10,772 bases of DNA from Trueperaceae bacterium (GTDB taxonomy: Bacteria; Deinococcota; Deinococci; Deinococcales; Trueperaceae): the NCBI GenBank assembly GCA_035703635.1, contig DASSXV010000058.1, positions 1-10,772 of the forward strand, read 5' to 3'. Made by a program: the position numbers and the translations under genes. How positions within the stretch are numbered: position 1 is the stretch's first letter; every line of letters begins with the position of its first letter. This document shows, in pieces, positions 5,228 to 10,772 of this stretch. The notes below the pieces were generated by a model, which ran no database searches, was not told the origin of the DNA, and was given only the letters and a program-made list of their open reading frames with translations.

Positions 5228-8200
5228 GTGCGGTTAGCTTCCCTCACAGTCCAAGGTTTCAAGAGTTTCGGGAACCGCGTGAGCATCGAGTTCGCGCCGG
5301 GTGTTACCGCCATCATCGGGCCGAACGGCTCAGGCAAATCGAACGTGATCGACGCCCTGCGCTGGACGACAGGTGGAGGGCGCGCCCGCGAGTTCAGGGC
5401 GACGGACAAGACCGACCTCATCTTCCACGGCGCGACCGGCAAGCGCTCCGTTGGGTTGGCCGAGGTCGAGCTCGAGCTGAGGGACGGCGCCACCAACGTC
5501 AAGGTCTACCGCAGCCTCGACCGCGAAGGCACGACGCGCCTGCGGCTCAACGGGCGCAGCGCCAGGTTCCTCGACGTCGAGGACGCCCTGACGGGCAGCG
5601 GACTCGGCCGCTCAGGGCTGGCGATCATCGGTCAGGGTGAGATCGGTCAGGTGCTCATGGCCGATCCCGCCAAGCTCCTCGACTACGTCGCAGAGGCAGC
5701 GGGGGTGGCGCGGTTAGCTGGTCGACGCGACCAGACCCTCGCGCGCCTCGAGACGGCAGCGCACCACCTCGAACGCTTGCAGGACGTGCTGACGGACCTA
5801 ACGGCCCGCTGCCTGGCCTTGGAGTTCGAAGCGCGCGACGCTCAGCGGCATGCCGAGCTAAGCGCGCTGCAGTTGCGGCTGCGCTTCACGCTTGCAACCC
5901 AACGCTTCGAGCTCCTCGTCGCGGAGCTCAAGGAACTCGAGACGCGCAGGGGCCTCCTCGAAGGGGCGCTGGCAGATGGGCGCCACCACCTGGAGGAGCT
6001 CCGCGAGCGCGGCAAGGCGCACGTGGGGGACCGCGACCGAGCAGAGGAGCGCTACCGCGAGGCTGCCGCCCAGCTCGAGTTCCGGCGCGGCAACCTGCGC
6101 GTGGCCGAGGAGCGCTTGGGGCGCTTGACCGAGCGCGCAACTGCACTAGACGCAAGGTCCGCTGCCGCAAGCGCCGAGCTCGAAAGACTGGCACAGGCCA
6201 CCCCACCCGCGGTGCCAGAGGACTCACCAGCAGAGGCAACGCGACGCGCCGAACAGGCGGCGAGCGAGGAGGCCGTTGCTGCGCAGGCCCTTGCGGAGGC
6301 AGCGGCGCGCGAGCGCAGCGTGCGCGACAGCTTCGAGCGGTCCCGTGCTGCACACGTGGAGTTCGAGCGCGCTGCAGCCGGCATTCAGTCGCGCCACGAG
6401 GCCCTCCGCTCGCAGTTGGCGCAGGTCGAGGCGCAACTCGAGGAACTCAAGCGCGACAAGACCGCCGACGCCCTGCCCGCTTTAACCGCACGCCAGGCGA
6501 CCGCCAGCGCGGCCTTGAGGGCGGCAGAAACCGCGGTCGAGGCGCAGCGCGCGAACCTGCAAGCGACCCACGAACGCCACGCCTTGGCTGCGGCCGAGGC
6601 CGTATCGCGCGTACACTCCGCCAACCGCAGCCGTGCTGCGTTCGAGGCGCGCCGCGGCTTCGCTCAGGGGCCACGCAATGCGCTCGGGTCCGGCATACCT
6701 GGCGTGATCGGGGCGGTTGCCGACCTCGTCAAGGTGGCGCCCGAGTACCAGGAGGCCATCGGCGGCGCGCTCGGCCGCCGCGCGGAGTACGTGGTCGTCG
6801 TAGACGCCGACACCGGCCAGAAGGTGCTCAAGCACGTGCGGCAGGCAGGCGGTTTCGTCACGGTGCTACCGCTTGACTTGCTCAGGCCGCTAGCCGACAG
6901 GGGACTGGGCGCTGCCGCCTCGCACCCTGGCGTGATCGGCCTAGCCACGAAGCTGATAGCGGCGGACGCCAAGTACAACATCCTCTTCGACAACCTGCTT
7001 GGCGGCACCGTCGTCGTGGACGACATAGACAGCGCCACCGCCATCGCGCGCAAGCCGGGCGCCAGGCCGCGGCTCGTGACGCTAGACGGCGACATCGTCG
7101 AGCCGACCGGCGCCATGAGCGGCGGCAAACGGTCTCAGCAAGCGTCCGTCCTCGGCGCCGCCGCTGACCTCGAAGAAGCAGAGGCCGCAGCAGCGGAGGC
7201 CAAGTCGAGCGCGGAAGCGGCTGAGGCTCAGCTCAAGAGCGCCCAGGCGACCATGCTTCAGCTCCTCCAGGAGCTCAAGGCGGCAACCGAGGAGAACCGC
7301 GTCGCAGCGCAGGCGCTCGCGGCCGCCCGCGAACGGAGCGCGGGGCACGACCGCCTAGTGGCCGACCTCGGGGTGCGGCGCGCACAGTTGGGCGAGGCGC
7401 GCGCTGCCCTGCCAAGCGCGGCAACGGACGGCAGTGAGCTCGCCTCCGCCGTGGCGGAGAACGAGCGGGCTCTGGCCGAGGCCGTCACGCAGGTCGACGA
7501 CGCGCGTACTGCACTTGGCCGCAAGCGCGTCAGCGCCTCGGAGGCGCAGCAGGCGGCGGCCATGACTAGCGAGCGCTGGCGCCAACACGCAGAAGCCCAA
7601 GCTCGCTACCTAGCTGGCGCGAAGCGGGCAGAAGAGTTAGCCGACGAGGTCGAGGCGCTGAAGGCAAGCCGCACCGGACTAGCACGAGAGTTGACGGAGG
7701 GGACCGCCGCCCGCGATCTAGCCAAGTCGGATATCCCGGCAGACCTGGCGGCAGAAGAGGGAGCATTGGCGAAGGCGCGCACCGCGCTTAGCGACGCCGA
7801 GGCGGCCCTCACCGCCGCGACGGAAGCTCAGGCTCAGCGGGCGCAAGAGCTGGAAGAGACGAAGGTGCAAGCGGCCAGGCGCGAGACGGCGCTGGAGCTG
7901 GCGCAGGAGGACCTCAGGTCTTTCGCCGAGGGCATCGAGCTCCTCGACATGACAGAACGTGCTGCCCGTGCTCGCTTGCGTGAGGTGACGGAGGGGCTCG
8001 AGGCGCTCGAGGCGGTGAACCACCGCGCCGTGGCGGACCTCGCCGAGGTCACCGAGCGCAAGGAGAACCTCGAGGTCGAGACCGTGCAGGCGACCCTCGC
8101 GGTGACCGAGCTGCAGTCGGCGCTAGAGCGCATAGACAAGGAGACGAGCGCACGCTTGCATGCGGCACTAGAGCGACTGCAAACGGCGTTCGGCCGCCAC

Positions 8201-8650
8201 GTTCAGCAGTTGTTCGGCGCGGACGCACGCGGCGGCATCGAGGTCGAGCAGGAAGGCAACCGGCCGACTGGCCTGCGCATTCGCCTCCAACCGCCCGGCA
8301 AGCAGACGTTGTCACTACACCTGTTGTCGGTAGGGGAGCGCACGATGGGCGCGCTCGCGTTCCTCTTCTCGCTGATAGCCGACGAAGGCGCCGGGCTGCC
8401 GGTAGCCATCCTTGACGAGGTCGACGCGCCACTCGATGAGGCGAACATCAGGCGCTACGGCGCGTTCGTCGCTCGTCTGGCGCAGGAGGGCACGCAGTTC
8501 GTGCTCATCACCCACCAGAAGGCCACGTTCGAGATCGCGGAGACGCTCTGGGGCATCACGACCGAGCAGGGGGTCAGCCGCGTTTTCAGCATCAAACGCG
8601 ACGACGTACTAACGTCAACGGCCAACGAGCAGGTAGCAACCGCCACGTGA
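5228..8650 (+). CDS. smc: Chromosome segregation protein SMC
   Basis: GFKSF, Walker A GPNGSGKSN, Q-loop IIGQGEI, long coiled coils, hinge (GVIGAVADLVKV...AIGGALG; VTLDGDIVEPTGAMSGG), variant signature LSVGE, Walker B/D-loop ILDEVDAPLDEAN, H-loop ITHQK. Confidence 0.97.
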   Translation: MRLASLTVQGFKSFGNRVSIEFAPGVTAIIGPNGSGKSNVIDALRWTTGGGRAREFRATDKTDLIFHGATGKRSVGLAEVELELRDGATNVKVYRSLDREGTTRLRLNGRSARFLDVEDALTGSGLGRSGLAIIGQGEIGQVLMADPAKLLDYVAEAAGVARLAGRRDQTLARLETAAHHLERLQDVLTDLTARCLALEFEARDAQRHAELSALQLRLRFTLATQRFELLVAELKELETRRGLLEGALADGRHHLEELRERGKAHVGDRDRAEERYREAAAQLEFRRGNLRVAEERLGRLTERATALDARSAAASAELERLAQATPPAVPEDSPAEATRRAEQAASEEAVAAQALAEAAARERSVRDSFERSRAAHVEFERAAAGIQSRHEALRSQLAQVEAQLEELKRDKTADALPALTARQATASAALRAAETAVEAQRANLQATHERHALAAAEAVSRVHSANRSRAAFEARRGFAQGPRNALGSGIPGVIGAVADLVKVAPEYQEAIGGALGRRAEYVVVVDADTGQKVLKHVRQAGGFVTVLPLDLLRPLADRGLGAAASHPGVIGLATKLIAADAKYNILFDNLLGGTVVVDDIDSATAIARKPGARPRLVTLDGDIVEPTGAMSGGKRSQQASVLGAAADLEEAEAAAAEAKSSAEAAEAQLKSAQATMLQLLQELKAATEENRVAAQALAAARERSAGHDRLVADLGVRRAQLGEARAALPSAATDGSELASAVAENERALAEAVTQVDDARTALGRKRVSASEAQQAAAMTSERWRQHAEAQARYLAGAKRAEELADEVEALKASRTGLARELTEGTAARDLAKSDIPADLAAEEGALAKARTALSDAEAALTAATEAQAQRAQELEETKVQAARRETALELAQEDLRSFAEGIELLDMTERAARARLREVTEGLEALEAVNHRAVADLAEVTERKENLEVETVQATLAVTELQSALERIDKETSARLHAALERLQTAFGRHVQQLFGADARGGIEVEQEGNRPTGLRIRLQPPGKQTLSLHLLSVGERTMGALAFLFSLIADEGAGLPVAILDEVDAPLDEANIRRYGAFVARLAQEGTQFVLITHQKATFEIAETLWGITTEQGVSRVFSIKRDDVLTSTANEQVATAT

Positions 8651-9366
8651 CCGAGCCGCGGCCCGCCTTGCCTGCGTGGCGCCTCGAGATTTTCGAGAGC
8701 TTGCCGTCTACTCAGGCGCTCATGCGCGAGCGCCTCGAAGGCGGGCAGCGACTCGACGGGCTCGTGATACGCGCCGCCGAACAGCTGGCCGGGCGCGGTA
8801 GGCGCGAGAACGCCTGGACCAGCCAAGTAGGGGGGAGCTACCAGACCCTCGCCCTGCAGGACAGGTGGGACGGAGCGCTGCGCACGCCAGCGATCACCTT
8901 GCGCCTTGCGGTGGCGCTGGCCGAGGGCCTGCGCGACGCCGGGGCCAGAGCCACCGTCAAATGGCCGAACGACATCTACCTCGGCGAGGGCAAGCTGCTA
9001 GGCATCCTCTCCGAGTACCTCCGCGGGCACCTGCTGGTTGGTGTCGGAGTGAACGTCAACAACCCCGTCCCGCCTGGCGCCGCCGCGCTTGCCGGTTGGG
9101 AGTTGGAGTACGTCAACGAGCTGGTGCTAAGCAGGGCGCGCGCCGCGATCGCGGACCTGCTTACGGGGGCGCACGACTTGACCGAGCGCCTCGAGCCGCT
9201 TGACCATCTCCGTGGCCGACTGGTCACTGTCAAGACCTCTCGGGGCGTCGTCACCGGGGTGGCGGAGGGCGCGGACGGGGACGGCGCCATCTTGGTCGAT
9301 GCCGACGATGGCGTGATTCGCGTCGTAGACGGCACCGTCTTGCGCTGGCGTTCCCCCGCGGAGTGA
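8647..9366 (+). CDS. birA: Biotin-[acetyl-CoA-carboxylase] ligase, class I (no N-terminal HTH)
   Basis: LPSTQ, AEQLAGRGRRENAWTS, VKWPNDI, GKLLGILSE, VGVGVNV and a C-terminal SH3-like segment; GTGA overlap with the smc stop. Confidence 0.95.
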   Translation: MTEPRPALPAWRLEIFESLPSTQALMRERLEGGQRLDGLVIRAAEQLAGRGRRENAWTSQVGGSYQTLALQDRWDGALRTPAITLRLAVALAEGLRDAGARATVKWPNDIYLGEGKLLGILSEYLRGHLLVGVGVNVNNPVPPGAAALAGWELEYVNELVLSRARAAIADLLTGAHDLTERLEPLDHLRGRLVTVKTSRGVVTGVAEGADGDGAILVDADDGVIRVVDGTVLRWRSPAE

Positions 9367-9455
9367 GCTTCGCGCTCGCCATGTGCGAAGGGTGTGTGAC
9401 GGACGCGCATACGCGCGTGTGAGGATAGCCGCTGCCATGGGTGACGCACCTGCAG

Positions 9456-9461
9456 TAGCTT
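9456..9461 (+). promoter_or_regulatory. -10 element (TAGCTT) of a probably leaderless response-regulator transcript
   Basis: TAGCTT-ctcgtc-ATG: hexamer 6 nt before ATG 9468, no SD. Confidence 0.6.
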
Positions 9462-9467
9462 CTCGTC

Positions 9468-10322
9468 ATGCCCAACGGATGGAATGCGCACCCCGCACGC
9501 ACTAGTGCGTTGCTACTGCTCGAGCGGGGCCGTGACGCAAGGCCGGTAGCGAGCGCCCTCGAAGACGGCGGCTGGACCGTCACCCTAGCCGAGTCTGCGG
9601 CTGCAGCCATGCAGCTCGCCGCCGCGAACGACTACGGCTTGTACGTGGTGGCCGCCGCGATCGAGGCGCCTCCTGGCAGAGCTCACCCGGCCGTTGAGCT
9701 CAAGCGGCTAGCGCCAGCCGGCCGCCAAGTTCGGCTAGTGCTCGTGGCGGAATGCGTAGATGCGGAAACCGAGGCGCTCGCCGCGAATGCCGGCGCTTAC
9801 CGGATCGCCGTTCTGCCCGTACTGATGGCTCCAAGCGCCGCAGCCGCCGCGGGCGCCCCGCTGGCCGCGGATGACGCGCCCCAACTCTGGGTGATCGACG
9901 ATAGCCCTGCCATCAGGCTCCTAGCCGGCCGAGCGTTCGAGCGCAGCGGCTGGCGCGTTACCGAGTTCGAGGACCTGCATTCGGCCCGCACTAGGCTTCG
10001 CGCTGGCGGCAAGCCGCTTGCCGTGCTCCTCGACATCTTCTTGCCAGACGGTAACGGGCTTGATCAGGTGAGCAGCTTCACCTCCACCGGCGCGGTGGTA
10101 GTGATGCTCTCCGACCTGGTCGGCCCAGAGCAAGTGGAGCGCGCCTTCCTCGCCGGTGCGGTGGACATCGTGGCGAAGCCGGTGGACATGCGCACATTGG
10201 TGGCGCGCATCGAGCACGCCATCCGCAACTCCCAGGTGCGCGAAGGTGACTACCAGCACCAGGCCCTACCCGCAGCCGTCGAAGACCGAGGCGGCCAACG
10301 GTGGAACGACCTTAGACTCTGA
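9468..10322 (+). CDS. Response regulator: degenerate N-terminal receiver-like domain plus intact C-terminal receiver, no output domain
   Basis: C-terminal REC: LWVIDDSPAIR, LAVLLDIFLPDGNG (phosphoacceptor Asp codon at 10032-10034), VVMLS, AGAVDIVAKP. The N-terminal half keeps the REC rhythm (LLLLE...LEDGGWTVTLAESAAAAMQLAAANDYGLYVV...LVLVAE...AGAYRIAVLP) without the Asp or Lys. Confidence 0.85.
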   Translation: MPNGWNAHPARTSALLLLERGRDARPVASALEDGGWTVTLAESAAAAMQLAAANDYGLYVVAAAIEAPPGRAHPAVELKRLAPAGRQVRLVLVAECVDAETEALAANAGAYRIAVLPVLMAPSAAAAAGAPLAADDAPQLWVIDDSPAIRLLAGRAFERSGWRVTEFEDLHSARTRLRAGGKPLAVLLDIFLPDGNGLDQVSSFTSTGAVVVMLSDLVGPEQVERAFLAGAVDIVAKPVDMRTLVARIEHAIRNSQVREGDYQHQALPAAVEDRGGQRWNDLRL

Positions 10323-10772
10323 TGCCCTCCACCAGGACCGCATCGACGTACCTGGTGATCCTGGCCGCGGCCGCAGTGGCCGCGGTGACCATGACCGCCC
10401 TTCTCGTGCAGTTCCTCGGGCCAAGCGAGCAGTCGCTGGCATTGCGCTCGGTGATCGTGGCGTTGGCTGGCGCCGGCGCCGCGCTAGCGCTCGTCGCCAT
10501 CTTGAACCTAACCTTGGTTGCGGCGAGGCGCGCACCAGCTGGCCACGCGGAGGACCTCGACACGTGGGCGCGGGTTTGGGGCGAGGTCATCGACGGGGCG
10601 CCACCTCCTGTCGTGCCACGCGGCGCCGCGGCGATCGCCTCGGAAGCAGCCGCGCTGGTACTGAAGAACATGGTCGGCGAGGGTGCGGAGGCGGTGCGCG
10701 ACGCCGTAGCCGCCAGCGGGGTGCTGCGCGCCGAACTCACTGCCGTCGGCCAGGCGGGTGGTAAGGATCCCG
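10322..10772 (+). CDS. Membrane protein with two N-terminal TM helices (partial; possibly HEAT-repeat family)
   Basis: ATG overlaps the upstream stop (TGATG) and the frame is open to the window end: MPSTRTASTYLVILAAAAVAAVTMTALLVQFLGPSEQSLALRSVIVALAGAGAALALVAILNLTLVAARRAPAGHAEDLDTWARVWGEVIDGAPPPVVPRGAAAIASEAAALVLKNMVGEGAEAVRDAVAASGVLRAEL... Absent from the ORF track. Confidence 0.75.
   Translation, partial: MPSTRTASTYLVILAAAAVAAVTMTALLVQFLGPSEQSLALRSVIVALAGAGAALALVAILNLTLVAARRAPAGHAEDLDTWARVWGEVIDGAPPPVVPRGAAAIASEAAALVLKNMVGEGAEAVRDAVAASGVLRAELTAVGQAGGKDP

Noticed and set aside
5892..8612. Many short alternative-frame and antisense ORFs within smc
   Set aside because: Expected from stop-codon scarcity in GC-rich, Ala/Glu/Arg-rich coiled-coil coding; no motifs or translation signals.
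5228..8650. SMC-like defence or repair ATPase (Wadjet JetC/MksB, SbcC, RecN)
   Set aside because: It has a canonical SMC hinge and the DEVDAPLDEAN motif, no CxxC hook, and no jet/mks or sbcD neighbours.
10301..10315. In-frame GTG-GAA-CGA-CCT-TAG just upstream of the last CDS (possible readthrough or uORF)
   Set aside because: It lies inside the response-regulator coding sequence; the TGATG coupling explains initiation more simply.
10156..10764. 202-aa plus-strand ORF and 142-aa minus-strand ORF at the right end
   Set aside because: Arg/Gly-rich or low-complexity off-frame translations; the frame starting at 10322 has start-stop coupling and TM helices.

Overview
GC-rich bacterial chromosomal window made up mostly of housekeeping genes. 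A Deinococcota (Trueperaceae-like) host is inferred from the protein styles and from the repeated leaderless TANNNT-N6/7-start geometry. Left to right: the 5' part of dnaE (minus strand, missing from the ORF track) diverges from a tRNA-Cys(GCA)/tRNA-Val(GAC) operon, which ends at a bidirectional terminator. A minus-strand block follows with nnrE, yebC, a DUF4384-like lipoprotein and a small uncharacterised lipoprotein. The plus-strand block holds a DnaJ paralog with a halved zinc finger, hspR, smc and a class I biotin ligase, apparently one operon with a HAIR-like HspR operator on its promoter. The window ends with a pseudo-receiver/receiver protein coupled by a TGATG overlap to a truncated two-TM protein, also missing from the ORF track. 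I saw no mobile element, CRISPR array or defence island. The best candidates for undescribed biology are (i) smc and biotin ligase under HspR heat-shock control, (ii) the output-less tandem-receiver protein plus membrane protein module that runs off the right edge, and (iii) the lipoprotein pair with an 11-bp-period operator. All family calls come from reading motifs by eye; no searches were run.
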